A DNA stretch of 64,000 nt from the human T2T-CHM13v2.0 reference genome, Homo sapiens. Of this stretch, positions 1 to 13,015 are shown piece by piece. A program made the position numbers and the translations under genes. The stretch lies in assembly GCF_009914755.1 (NCBI RefSeq), contig NC_060927.1. The stretch is one strand, 5' to 3'. Within the stretch, counting starts at the first letter, position 1. Every line of letters begins with the position of its first letter. Under the pieces are notes generated by a model. It saw only the letters and a program-made list of their open reading frames with translations, ran no database searches and was not told the DNA's origin.

Positions 1-199
1 TTATAGTATAAATTAATAGTTTAAAGATGGCAATTTTTATTTAGATAGATCAAAAAAAATGCTGTCACAGAGAGATGTGAATTGAACTACCTATTGAGGA
101 AGTATGTTATCATTAATGCTTTCTCACAATTTCTTTCATATTAAGGATTTTAAAAAGTTAAATTATATACAATTTCATTTGTATCATCACTATAGTTTC

Positions 200-400
200 T
201 TTATCAAATATGTGTTGAGTAAATGCTGTGTTTCAGACATTGTGCTGGAATTGGAGATATAATGGTAATGAAATGAAGGATGCCTCATGGATCTTACAGT
301 CTAATTGAGGTAGAAATACAAATACACATACATATATACAACACATATGCACATACTAAATAATCACACAAATATATGAATATTTACTTTCAGATAATGT
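200..400 (-). mobile_element. L2 LINE 3' end fragment
   Basis: caaatatgtgttgagtaaatgctgtgtttcagacattgtgctgg...tgcctcatggatcttacagtcta resembles the reverse complement of the L2 3' terminus. Confidence 0.65.
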
Positions 401-949
401 TACTAAATTGTGGTTATTTCTGTGCTGGCAAGAAACACCCAGTTTCTTGAAATTTACTTTTCAATGACTTCTTCCAAATTTAATCCTGTTTATGCCTAAG
501 GATTTTTGTTGTTGTTTTTTTAATCTCTTAAAGTTGCACATTGAATCACTGCTGATTTGTATGCATGAAGTTACCAGGACTTCTAATTTTGTACCAAGTT
601 TATATGTGCTAATATTTTCCATTAGTAAAGAAGACTGAAAGATGCCTCAGTTGCCTGGAATTTATGCCACCAAGGAAAAACAGTGATTAGTGTGTTTAAA
701 GAGTTAGATCATTGGGTTAATCATGCTTTGCCATAGTATCATTGCTATCCTTTAAATAAAAAAAAAAGGTTTAGTTAGAAAATTTTTTAACAAGATAAAA
801 TTAACCACAGACTATAACGAAAAGTAATTTCAGCAGGATTATTTATTCTCCCAAAGTTGAAAAAACAACAAACCAAAAAAGGTGTATATGTGACATCTAC
901 TTAATTTTTTAAATATGATTATTTCCATCTTTTGTTCTTTGATCTCCAC

Positions 950-3015
950 ATGAGCAGAGACACATAAAGTGGCAATGGGGCCAAGGGTGCTAGATGGCTT
1001 GGCATTCATTAACTATGGCAATTAGCACCATTTAGATTGATATGTTCCCAAGATGAAAGTAAGAATTGGACTAGACAAAAAAAATGATGATCGCATTTGT
1101 GAAAGTGGAACAACACTGACCAACAAGAAACAAAGAAACAGAGCTCACCTTAAAAGACTTGGAATATTTGAAAAATTGATTATGAGATAAGATAATTTCA
1201 ACATAACTACAATTCCTTGAAGAGTTATTAATGCTTCGGTAGCATTAAAGTAAAATGAAAAGACACCAGGGCAGTCTGCTTTAATAGCTTGCTGGCTTGA
1301 ACCCTAATACATAATGTTCTTGTAATAGTTTATGGGTGACTGCAGTAAATTGGTAGTGAATGTTTTTCATTTTTTTGGCTCTTCATATCAGATCTGCTCT
1401 TGGAGAACATTTTGTTCTGAGAATATTATGAAGGCAGTTCATCTACTTTAGAAGTTGCTTGACAATTTTAATACAGTGTTAACTTTTCTCCCCTCCAGAT
1501 TGTGTGATTTTTTTGTCCTTTGTACCCGACATCAATTTATGGTTTGAAATTCAGCAATTTGCTCAGTTATACTTTACCTACCCTGACTAAATATTTTAAG
1601 TGCTGCCACAAGAAAAGAAAAAATCTAATTTTTCCCAATGTTGTTGTTACCCCTCTCTGTTTATATAGCAGTTTAAATCTGCCCTTCATCTTGACAGAGA
1701 AAAAATTTTAGATGGATTAATTTTGAACCTAAATAATTTGTTGACAAATAATTTATGATCATATTCAGGGGTTGTTTTGAGGTAAAAAGAAAACTGCATT
1801 GAATGAATTATACCAAGTGAAATCATGGTATTTTAAACAAAATGAGGTTTATAATTACCTGGGATTTAGTGAACAAAAGTATGTGATGCAGGGCTCCCTG
1901 AAGAATTTAGTGCATGTCCTATGTTTTAGTGCTTCAAGCAGCAAATATTATGTATATACAATAAAAAAGGAAGTTGCAGACTTAATACATACTGAAATGG
2001 TCTCAATGTTAACATTAGACTCATGAAAAATTAGCGGACATCTAAGTACTTTATTCGTTCTTTTAGTCTTTGCTGTACCTAGGAACATTTGTTTCATATA
2101 AAAGTTATATTACAAAATTAATGGACTGAGGGTGGAAAGAGAATTTGAAAGAATGTGAAATAAAGTCTGGATATATACTGAATGCAGGTGGAAGATGTCT
2201 GAGGAACATTAATGACAATAAAGAGAAGTCTCTTCCTAAGTTACAGACATCCAAAACCAAAATAAGAGCCAATGTGGTTACATAAAACTGCAAAGAAAAT
2301 CTTGGTTGGACAGAGAACTCCGAAGAGGTAGTAAAAGGAAAAACTGAGCAAACTAGGGAAGACAAATGCAGAGAAAAGTTAGAAATAATTAGAGAAGAAA
2401 TAAAATGCTTCCACAAAAATAAGAACAACAAAAATTCAGGAGATAAATGCAGAACAGTCCAGCTAACAGAAAAGGATTTTTGAACTGTGTATGCAAGAAG
2501 CAGACAGCATGATTGGAAATGAAGTATTTGCTCTTTCCTCTAAGAGTGGAAGAACAAGACATTCCTGGGCAGCACAACTCTGCGTAGGATTAGTTGCACT
2601 TCCTCAAATGTATTTTCAAGCAAAAAGCTGAAACCCAAATGTCTTGAGCCACCAGAAGTACCCAGGCTCTTATGTAATACAGGCTTTAGTGTTTTATTGC
2701 TTATTCAAAAAGACAAATTATATTTTAAAATTGATATATGTGTGAGCATGGTTATGCTACACCTATAAATTACCAAACGTAATACCAATAGCAGCCAACC
2801 AACAGTTTAGCCTCAGTATTTTCACAACAGTTCAAAATGTTTTGTTAAATCCCATGAAAGTAGCTTCAGTGACAAAGGTTTCAGATCTTTGCAAATGATA
2901 ATTAATTCAGAGGCATATAATGGGAAACACTACAGTCAGGTCTAGACAGGTTTAGATAAACTAATGGCCCAACTAGTTATGGCAGCTACAGTTTTTAACT
3001 TCAAGTAAAGGAATC
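950..3015 (+). mobile_element. Ancient, highly decayed CR1/L3-type LINE ORF2 relic (endonuclease to RT fragments)
   Basis: Collinear CR1-like peptide motifs: DNFNITTIP* (1191-1220, cf. GDFN.PDICW), WKENLKE (~2131), PMWLHK (2269-2286), NRKGFLNCVCKK (2465-2500, cf. NKKGFFKY), FANDN (2888) and LQSGLDRF (2930, cf. FADDTKL..LQ.DLDRL). Spacing is not preserved; 2085-2500 is the strongest part. Confidence 0.55.
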
Positions 3016-4336
3016 TTAAAGCAGTTCAAGGAAGAAACATTTTCTTTCTTTTCCTTTTTAAAACATTTAATTGTCTTTTTTGAGGATGATAAAAGATAAA
3101 ATCTAGAGACTTTATTGTACTGTACTCATTATAGTCTCTCCCCTGCCTCATATGTAAATCTAGTTTGCTTCTTCATGTTTATTCATCTCTACTTTAAATA
3201 AACATATTGTACATATACTCTATACACACACACATATAATACCTATTCTCTTCCATTTATGCTTACATTGTAAGTCTTTTAAACATTTATTGAAACATTT
3301 TTGTTGGATTGACTCTACATTGAATAGCTTTATTATAAATGAAAGACTTCCCTTCTATTAAACAGAAATTTCTTTTAATACCACTATGAGGCAGAACATT
3401 ATTGCTATGGTATAACTTTGTACGATCGAATGTCCTACTGGTTAGATCTGTGAGTTAATTTAAATTTTTACAGGCTGTTAGATGGAGTAAAAGGCAGGAT
3501 ACAGCCATGGACTGTAGGTTTTTTATCCTTTAGTTACTTCTTTAACTTTTAATTTACATTAATGGACAAGTTTCATCTAGTCTAATTTTATGTATTACTT
3601 GAGTCTTTCCTCATATTTTTGGAATGCCATTTTTAATTTAGAGTGTTTTCTAAGTTAAAGTCTTAATTGTTCTTTTCCTGAATAATAGCTTGCATGAATA
3701 CAAAGAACTTTATGTTTGAATTTTGGATTTAGTCAGCTTGATTTTTCACTGAAATCAGGCCTAAACATATGAAGTTCAGCAGCAAAAACAAAAGCAAGCT
3801 TACTTACTGAAAACGCATTGTCTTTCTATAACAAGCTTACTGTAAAGACTGGGGTAGTATGTATATTTCCATAGATACATATATATAGTATCTGTGTGTA
3901 CACATATACACGTAAAGTTAAGAAAGTTTGTAAAAAAACTACACATACGCAACATTAGAAATACTGTTAAATATTTATGTGTAATGAAGCTGTTCTTTTC
4001 AATGATGTCCTACATTGTAAAGGTTTTATTTAAAAATTTTTATATAATGAATGCAAACTTGAGTCACTGTTCAAACATGAATATTTTCTCAAATGAACAT
4101 ATTTGCATGTGTTATGCTATATAAACTGAGTTCTGTAAAAAGGATCCTTTTTCTTCTGCTACCAAGAAATTCTACTTTTATAATTCAAACAATCTACTCT
4201 CTCCCACACTCAAAATAAGTCATCATTACTTAAAATATGTGTAGTGTAACAATGGAAATGTTTGTATATTTGTCAAACTAAATATTATGTTAAAATATTT
4301 TATACATTTCCACTGAGAATGCTCTTCTTAGTTAAA

Positions 4337-4346
4337 AATAAATAAA
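4337..4346 (+). terminator. Candidate polyadenylation signal (overlapping AATAAA x2) ending a + strand 3' UTR-like region
   Basis: aataaataaa preceded by T-rich, TGTA-rich unique sequence (3.9-4.3 kb); inference only. Confidence 0.3.
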
Positions 4347-5384
4347 ATTTAAAAAAATTTGAATGGAGACATTTTGAAAGTGGCTATTCCAGGTAGGATA
4401 AATATTTAATTTACTCCATAGCATAATAATTTTAGGAATCACTTCATTTTGAAAAATTATTCTGAATACTAGCAACATTTTGGCCTTTAAGACACTTTAT
4501 TAACAGTTTTGAAGAAAAAGTTGAGACATTTGTTCAAAAGATTTGAATCTATTCACATAATAGTTCAGACAATCTCCATTTTTAAATTCCTAAATTTTGA
4601 AAATTTAGGATACGTAAAAAAGATAAATTAAGGAATGATGGTTTACCACATGGAAAAAGTATTATTTATAAAAATTTTAAAAGTATAATTTATTTACAAA
4701 ATTTAGTTATTTAATAACATATATAAAAAGACTCAAGTTGATATTCTAAAACATACTTTTAAACAAAAGGAACTGTCTATTACATAATGAAAATTTATGC
4801 AACCAAAATGAGTATTATTCTTTGCAAAGTAGTTGCCTTGGGAGACAGTTCTTTAAACAGTATAGCTATTGCTCTAAATATTGCACAATGTGCGAACAAT
4901 GTTGACCTTCAGTGCCAACAACATATCATTTTGAATATTTTCACTGACAACTGCTCTTTAATTTTCGTTGCTTTTTAGAAATAGTCAAGAGTAACTTAGA
5001 GCCATGTTTACCTGACAGAGCCAAGTTTATTGCCATAGCAAAACCTGGCCTGTATAGTTATAGAAATCCCTTATCTTCATTTCTTCACCTCCAACTCTAC
5101 AATCTACTCCAATTTGTTGTCCTTTGCCTCCTCTACTCCCTTCAAACTAATCTTTCTAAGGCTGTAACTATCTGTTTTCAGTCACCAAATGGGCAATCAT
5201 TTAAAAAATATTATGGAAATGATAAAAGCCATTTATCTTGGGTGGTTTTGTGCAGTTTCTAAAGGCAGTTTCAAAAGAGGTAAGTAACTTTGATAGTGAT
5301 AGAATCATTGGAATAAATATATTACCTTCACTATGACAAGGATATTTGGATGTTTAACTTTTGGATATCTGATATGTATTTTCC

Positions 5385-5690
5385 ATTCAGTGCAGTATTT
5401 ATTGAGCACCTATATTATGCAAAACACTGTGCGAGATGCTGAGACAAAATATGAAGATGAAGAAACAATGAGACCAGCCCTGACTCATGAACAAATAGTG
5501 AGGTAAGGAGATAACCTTCAATGACTCTACTGTGAGACAGATTTAAGTGTTCTCTTGGAGTTAGAATGCACTATATAAATAGAGAGGGAAGAATTCATTT
5601 TAACTGAAGCATGACAGTTAAATTGTGCCTAGAAGGACAGAGATTGAAACCTTAACAGGTAGAAATGGAAGAAAGAACTAGGAAGAGGAA
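5385..5690 (-). mobile_element. L2 LINE 3' fragment
   Basis: cattcagtgcagtatttattgagcacctatattatgcaaaacactgtg is the L2 3' end in reverse. Confidence 0.7.
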
Positions 5691-6699
5691 GTAAGTTGTT
5701 CAATGTAGAATAGGGTTTCTATCTTTTTTTAAAAAATGGACAGTTTACTTTCTATTCATAGCTTACACAGTAAAACTGTGCTTGTTTCAACTTTGCTGGC
5801 ACTACACAATATGCCTAGATTCAATTCTGTTGAATCCCATAAACTCTCTTTTTTTGTTTTGTTTTTCATTCCATCTTTCTATGCCTGTGCCCCATGTGTT
5901 CTTTCTCAGCTCTCATGTCTGTGTCTTTTTCAGTTCTGCATCACCTTCTTTTCTTCTACATCTGTTTCTCACCTTTCCCTGTCTCTGCTATCCCCTCTCG
6001 TAGTCATCTTTCCGTCTTGATTGCCATAAGGAATTGAAATATGCTATACTTCTCTTTGACAAATCCAAACTTGAATAAACTCTTACACTATGGAGTTTTC
6101 AACAAATCCTTACTCTTTGTACTTTTTTCCTTTTTTAAATTGTTCCTTCCCTTCACTTAATTCCTTGTAATCTGTCCAAATTTTATATTCTCCTCCCCCA
6201 CTTTTCTCCCTTTTCTTTCTCTCCTTTTTGATTCTTACACTACACTACTGGTGTACTCAGAGGAAAAAATGATGCTAAAATAAAGAAAATGTTCTTTACA
6301 ATCAGAATATTATTAACCAGTACTTCCAAGCATAACTAGTTCAATCATAAAAGTTCATTTAAGATTTCAATGATTCCAACTTATATCTCTTTATCTCTTT
6401 TTGAGTCAAGTATTAAATGACTAGTACTTCAAAGTTAAATGTATTTTACTGTATAATTTTTGAGACTGATCATTTATATTTGATATCTATATCTCATTTC
6501 ATAACTATACTACATGGTCTAGTGTATAGCATATGGAAAGTTTTTGTAGCTTACCTCTTCTTGCAAGACTAAATGAGAGGACTACTGTTGGCAGAAAGCA
6601 AAGTTGGTCAAGGCCAAAAATAGGACTGACTGTTTTCTTTAGACCCTCCCTTTTTCTTCCTTGTAATAATCTTGAACTCCTAGATTCAAGTTTTTCCTT

Positions 6700-6860
6700 T
6701 ATTTAGCCAATAAATATTTACTGAATCCTAACTATTTTCCAGGAACTACGGTAAGTGCTATTGATAGATGTATTAGGCCTTCTTTGACACGGAAGAGCTT
6801 ACAACCTAGGTGGAGAGGGAGAAACATAACTGCAATATAAATTGATAAGGCCCATAATGG
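6700..6860 (-). mobile_element. L2 LINE 3' fragment
   Basis: caataaatatttactgaatcctaactattttccagg...gagcttacaacctaggtgg. Confidence 0.6.
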
Positions 6861-6977
6861 GACGAAGAACAGGCTACTATCCTCATTATACATCTGGTAC
6901 TCAGAGACCTCTACGTTATTCCTTGGATTTTCCCCATACTTGCAACCCACCTTTTTATCCTCCTCATTAAAACTTAC

Positions 6978-7058
6978 CTGTTATTGAATCCCATTTTCCC
7001 TTAAGGCACCCCTTTTGGATAGGTGCTTTGGGAAAACAATCCCACAAATTAACTCACA
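6978..7058 (-). other. Candidate 81-nt exon (non-coding or pseudo-coding)
   Basis: Minus strand: ctttactcttttaatatccag|TGTGAG...AACAG|gtaagt. Consensus donor and good acceptor; stops in all frames. Confidence 0.35.
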
Positions 7059-7420
7059 CTGGATATTAAAAGAGTAAAGCATATACCTCACATCCCTCTT
7101 GCATTTTAACAAGTCAGTCCATTTGAAAAGAACTGGTTGCTAGTGATGGGAATTTCAAGAACTGTACAGTAGGCCATTAGAAAAGTAAAACTTTCCTCAT
7201 ACACTTCAATCACAACAGAGAGGGGTTGACTGTACAACATAAAACTTCCTTTTAGATGCCCTAACACTATTATTATTTAAACAACATAGCAGCTACATAT
7301 TCACTAAGAAAATACAATTGAATTTAATTGTTGTTAGTAGTAGTAGTTACCGCTAGTAACTACTGTTACTAAAATAGAAATTATATATCGATTTAAAATT
7401 ATAAAATTTGCCTTATTCTT

Positions 7421-7935
7421 TCTTTAACTTTTATTTTAAGTTCAGGGGTACAAGTACATGTTTGTTACATAGGTAAATTTGTGTCATGGGGGTCTGTTGT
7501 ACAGATTATTTCATCAACCAGGTATTAAGCCAAGTATCCATTAGTTATTTTTCCTGATCCTTTCCCTCCTCCCACCTTCCATCCTCTGATGGGCCCAGTG
7601 TGTGTTGTTCCCCTCTATGTGTTCATGTGTTCTCATCATTTAGCTCCCACTTATAAATGAGAACATATGGTATTTGGTTTTTTGTTCCTTTGTTAGTTCG
7701 CTAAGGCTAACGGCTTACAGCCCTATCCATCCATGTCCCTGAGAAGAACACGATCGCATTCTTTTTATGGCTGCCTAGTATTCCATGGTGTATATGTACT
7801 ACATTTTCTTTAACCAGTCTATCATTGATGGGCATTTAGGTTGAATCCATGACTTTGCTATTGTGAATAGTGCTGCAATGAACATACACATGCATGTGTC
7901 TTTATAATAGAATGATTTATATTCCTTTAGGTATA
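7421..7935 (-). mobile_element. 5'-truncated L1PA (L1PA13-like) 3' end
   Basis: ttttattttaagttcaggggtaca...gtacagattatttcatcaaccaggtattaagcc...catttagctcccacttataaatgagaacat; tattctt on both flanks. Confidence 0.9.
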
Positions 7936-9419
7936 TTCTTTGATATTATTATGAAGATTCACATGAAATAGCAAGGAATGGTTTTCTAGTTGGAAAAGTA
8001 TGATTCCCACAATAAAAGTAATAAAATATAATAAGAAATATTTACATATATCAAGAAAAAATGATTCATGGGATCACAAAATAAAAATTATACAAATTGA
8101 GGAAAGCCTTATTTAATATAATGTCTTTAGGAAAAAAATTAGTATCTGTGGACCTGGGATTCCTCCCCTGTAAAATGAAGGGTTTAAATAAGAAAAACTC
8201 CACTTTCTTGCTTCCAGGCTTAACACATATGTGAATCATTTGCATAAATATTTCTCAATTTTCCTACTACATGAAATTTTAGTTGCTACAATATCACAAT
8301 TAGGCAGTCTGCATAAATAAAGGAGTTTCTCTTATATTTCTAAATATAAGAGAAATATATAAAATATACTAAAATACTAAATATATAAAATATTTAAAAA
8401 TACTAAATATACTAAAATACAGTACTAAAATAATGCCTAACACAAAGTAACTGCCTTAGCATAATTTAGGTGGCTGATTGGATGGATTAAAGCTTGGATT
8501 AATAGAAAAACACAATGATGCAAATGTGAAGTCAGGTATATGTCTACACATCTAACAACATTTAATGAGAGACACTGAAGACCCAGAAATGAGTATTTTT
8601 ACAGGCTTACAAATAACCGATGTTCAATTTGGGGGTCAAAACAAGAAATAGAGAAAACTGAAGTAAGTTAGGTAAGGTCCATTTTGACTAGGATTATTTC
8701 TGGCAATTTCCCCTCATCTACTTTCTGCAAATTCATGCATGTTCACTGTACTGTGCTTACTGACAATCTGTACCAAATAACTCCTGGCAGTTTGAAATCA
8801 TTTCATCTATAACATATAAATACCTTATTTGCTTCAACTGTACAAATGCTGGACCCCATCTCACCAAAGTTTTCTAGAATTTAATTGTTCTTCACCTAAC
8901 ATCTTTAAAACTCAATTTATTGGTCTGTAAAACAGTAAGACCTACATTATAGAGTTATTGTGACAATCAGACGGACTCAAAGCATGTCATAGTTTCACTT
9001 ACGTATCTACCAACCCACTATCATTAGCCTTCTACTTGAGACCAACCCCTTTACCTAAGTACTAAATGTGGTAATCCTTGAAGTCTCTGGGACTTTTCTA
9101 TACAATTATCATTTTTCTCTGCTTGACTTCAATGTCTTCTCTGCTGGCTCTTTATTTTTCAAAACATGTAAATCATTTGTATTCTAACATTACCTTGACT
9201 CTGTGCCTCTTTTTACCAACAATTCTCCCTCCTTTCATCACCTGTGTATATTGATTAAATAAACAAAAAACAATTCAAAGTAATTTTATATGAAAAACAT
9301 TGCGGGAGGAAAATAGAATAAAAAGCAACAGTAACAATATAAAAAAAAAATCACCTGTTGTCAACCACAGGCATTTCTTCCCAGGTGTAATATAGTTATA
9401 TAAAATAAACTTGTCATCA

Positions 9420-9720
9420 GAAGTTTTGAATCTCAGTATTTTTGCTTAATATTAAATTTTATATAGCATTACCTTTTCTAAAAAAAGTGTTAAAATAGTA
9501 TTTTAATGACTGCATAATATCCTATAGTAAGAATGAAATATAATTCATTTATTCATTCCTACATTTAGACATTTAGGTATTGTCAAAAATTTTTGCTACT
9601 ATAAATGGTTCTGATAAACATGCTTGCAGATAAATCTTTGCATACGTCTCTGAATATTTCTACAAAATAATCTTCAAGATTGGAAATTATTGACTAAAGT
9701 AAAATAAACAATGTGAATAG
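9420..9720 (-). mobile_element. Old L1ME fragment
   Basis: ttttaatgactgcataatatcc...gacatttaggtattgtcaaaaatttttgctactataaat, typical antisense L1ME. Confidence 0.7.
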
Positions 9721-9859
9721 CTTTTACCTTTCTGACACAAGCTTAAAGTCTTTGTTCTTTCATTAAGGGAAATTTTTCCATTTAAATTTATACTAAAAAT
9801 ATTGTGTTATTGACAAGGCAAGTAAAGAAAAGAAATCAATGCTACTGAATCAGGCACTC

Positions 9860-10060
9860 TGATGGATATTCTGTCTCTTCCTATTCAACACATTTTCCTT
9901 TGGCAATCTCTTTTCATGAGCTTATCAACTACCAATGTATTGATGGCTTCCAAATTTCTCTTCAGGTATGAATTCTCCTTTGAGCTTGAAACTCCCATGT
10001 CCAAAGGCTTCTTGACTATATCCTATGGTGTGTCATGCAGTCCTTTGGATTCTGCATTAA
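9860..10060 (+). mobile_element. L2 internal fragment
   Basis: atggcttccaaatttctcttc...ctcctttgagcttgaaactcccatgtccaaaggcttcttgac. Confidence 0.55.
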
Positions 10061-10384
10061 TAAAAGTAAAGTATTCTTACTTCACAAAATATTCTGTAAA
10101 TAATTACCCAATTTTGTTAATCAAGTCATATGGAAGACAATGCATAAATATACAAAATAAAGAATAAGAAATGTACTACAAATATTCAGAAAGCATTAAA
10201 ATATGTCAAAATACTGTTACAGATATATACTAATAAAATTGAAAATCTCAGGACATAATCTTCTAAGAAAATATACATTTTCAAAATTGACTCTATAAAT
10301 GGAAAATTTTAACAGGCCAATAAATTTAAAAATTAATTAAGAAAGGTTCCAGAAACAGGTGGTTCAAGAGCAAATTCTATTTAA

Positions 10385-10650
10385 TTTCCTTTTTCAAAAA
10401 TTGATAGATAAAATTCTATGTATTTTCCATGTATAACATGTTTTTAAGTATACATACCTTGTAGAACAACTAAATTTAGCTAATTAACACATGTATTACC
10501 TCACAGTTATTTCTGAGTAAACATCCATTCATTATTTTTCAAGAATACATGTATTATTAACTATAGTCATCATGTTGTACAACAGATCTCTTAAACTTAT
10601 TCCACCTAATTGAAATGTCATATCATTTGACCAATATCTCCTTAAACCCC
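10385..10650 (-). mobile_element. L1MA (MA6-8-like) 3' end
   Basis: gctaattaacacatgtattacctcacag...ttaactatagtcatcatgttgtacaacagatctcttaaacttatt. Confidence 0.8.
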
Positions 10651-10789
10651 AGTTTTAATAGAAAATTGAATTTCATTAAGTTTTCAAGGATCAAAATAAA
10701 CCCATAACATAGTAACAAAAACAAAATATTTCCAAATTCATTTTCTGAAGCTAGCAAAAGCCTAAAACAGTACAGCAAAGGAGGCTACT

Positions 10790-11055
10790 GAGCACTGTTA
10801 CTTCACTCCATTGAATTAGGACTGGATGCAAGTGTAAAGCATCAGATTTATAGAACTTACTATAAAAAACTCTAAAATATCTCATTAACATTTTCATATT
10901 ACATATTAAAATGGTAATATCTTGGCTATATTGTTTTAAATAAAATACATTATTAAAATTAACTTCATCTGTTTCTTTTTACTTTTTAAAAATGTAGTCA
11001 CAAGAAAATTTTAAATTGCATATATGGCTCACATTGTATTCCTATTAGTATTAAT
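10790..11055. mobile_element. MER33 (hAT-Charlie MITE)
   Basis: taaaatatctcattaac...attattaaaattaacttcatctgtttctttttactttttaaaaatgtag...tatggctcacattgtattcctatt matches recalled MER33. Confidence 0.8.
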
Positions 11056-12639
11056 ATAGATAATTTTGCTTATAAGGATACAAAACTTCTCAGCGAGTTA
11101 AATATAACAATATATTAAAAATAATTTGTGATGACCAAGAAAGTTGAAAGTTTTCCATTAGAATATCTACTAATATATATGATAAATTTATATAAGTATG
11201 ATTTTAAAAACAATAATTTTGATAGTGCTGAAAATGCATGCAATAAAAATCAACCACAATTCTTAATTTTAAAACTCTTAATAAACTATGATGAAACTCT
11301 TTAATGTAATGAAGAATATCTACCTATAAAATGGTTGACACTACACCTAATGGTGAAAACATTAGTGGTATTCCCAGTGAAGCCAAGAGAAAAACAAACT
11401 CTTGCTAGCACTTATTATTATAATTTGGAAGCTCCAGCAATACCACCTAACATGAACTATAAACATGAGAAAGGAGTAGAATAAAAAAATTAAGAAATAA
11501 TTAGAACTTATAAATCAGTAACCTGCTTGTTTACTATACACACACACATACACACACACACACACCAAAAACAGCCATTTAAAAATGCAAAGGAAAGAAC
11601 AATCTCTTATTACCAATGATAAAAAATAAAAACTACATAGAAACTAACACTACAAGAAAAATGTCAGACTTATATGGAAAAAATGTTTTTCTAAGTAATG
11701 TTAAAAAATTTTGAATAAATTAAGACATCTTCCAGATGAGAAACCTCTATGTCAATTCTCCCTAAAACAGTTCATAAATTTAATGCAACCACTCTCAGAA
11801 GTCCAATAAAATTGAAGGGGGGGGCAGTGGTAGAGAGACCTTGATTAAATAATTCTAAATCTCTTATAAAAAATTGGTTAAGAATAGCCAGTAACCTTTT
11901 AAAATGAAAAATACTAAAAAGAAACTTTTATTAGCAGGTTTAAACTGTATTGTAAAAGCCACAATAAATAGTGTAGTCCTAGTAAACCATATAGAAACTG
12001 ATAGAACTGAAGAGAAAAAATAGGCTGGAAATCAAATAGAAAGACAAGAAACAAGCCTATTTGTAAATTAAGTATTTAGCATATGATAAATAATGCATTT
12101 TAAATCAGTGGGAAAAACATAGATTTTTTTTCAATTGATGGTGCTGAGACAACTGGTTAAATATTTAGAACAGAGTAAATTTAGAGCCTATCTCACACTG
12201 TATATCAAAATAAAATTCCAGATGGTTTGAAGAGTTATATGTAAACAATAAAACCATAAAAGAAATAGAAGCAAATACAGAAGAATTTTTAATCTTATCT
12301 TGGGTTGGAGAAGGTCTTCCTAAGCATAAAAGCAAAGGCAGAAGCCATAAAAAATGTAATATGGTTTTTAAAAATAGAATATTTGAACACATAAAAATGA
12401 AAGGTCAGTATAGCAAAAACAAATGAAACTAAAAGGCAAACAATAAATTTAGAAAAAACTATTTGCAACATATGACAGAGTATCATATAGCAGCTGAAAA
12501 CAATGTCCTATGAAAAATAATTAAGGACCTGGGAAAAACAACTAGCACATAGTGTTAAACGGAGAAATTGTTATAAAACAGTACATACATTATTATAGGA
12601 ACTTTGTAAAATACACTTACATTTGGGTATAATGGTTTC

Positions 12640-13015
12640 CCACATATACCATGTTTATAATTTCCATGCTTTTATACATATAGTCCCCTTTGACTGAAGA
12701 GATCCTCCTTCCTTCCCTGTCTATACATCTCCTATTCATCTTTCAAGCATCATTTCTGACATCCCTTTAGACAACAAGAAGTCTTCTTTGAATTATCAGG
12801 CTGGAATATGTGCCCTTCCTTTGTTTGCCCATAGTACATTGTTGTACACCATCAAATTAATGCTATTTAATATTATCTGTTTACATGTATTACTCCACCC
12901 CTATGATTAAAGTTCCTTAAGAGAAAGGGTAATATTTTACCTCTTTCTGCATGCTCATTTCCTAGTATTATATCTGTCAATTAGTACACATTCGAAAATA
13001 TTGGTTTGAATTATT
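12640..13015 (+). mobile_element. L2 3' portion
   Basis: ctcctattcatctttcaagc...tattatctgtttacatgtatt...aagttccttaagagaaaggg...aaaatattggtttgaatt. Confidence 0.65.

Larger units (their letters stand above)
10120..12490 (+). mobile_element. Decayed old L1M ORF2 segment, interrupted by an L1MA 3' end, MER33 and (CA)n
   Basis: A-rich L1 ORF2-like blocks: aaaattgaaaatctca..., tgtcaattctccctaaa...ttcataaatttaatgcaa, gatggtgctgagacaactgg, ctatttgcaacatatgacag. Confidence 0.75.

Noticed and set aside
2083-2482. Apparent + strand coding exon with acceptor and long near-open frame
   Set aside because: Contains in-frame stops and is better explained as CR1 ORF2 remnant (PMWLHK and NRKGFL motifs in shifted frames)
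5182-5285. + strand consensus donor GAG|GTAAGT with upstream acceptor
   Set aside because: Isolated, partly in L2-derived sequence, no partner exon found
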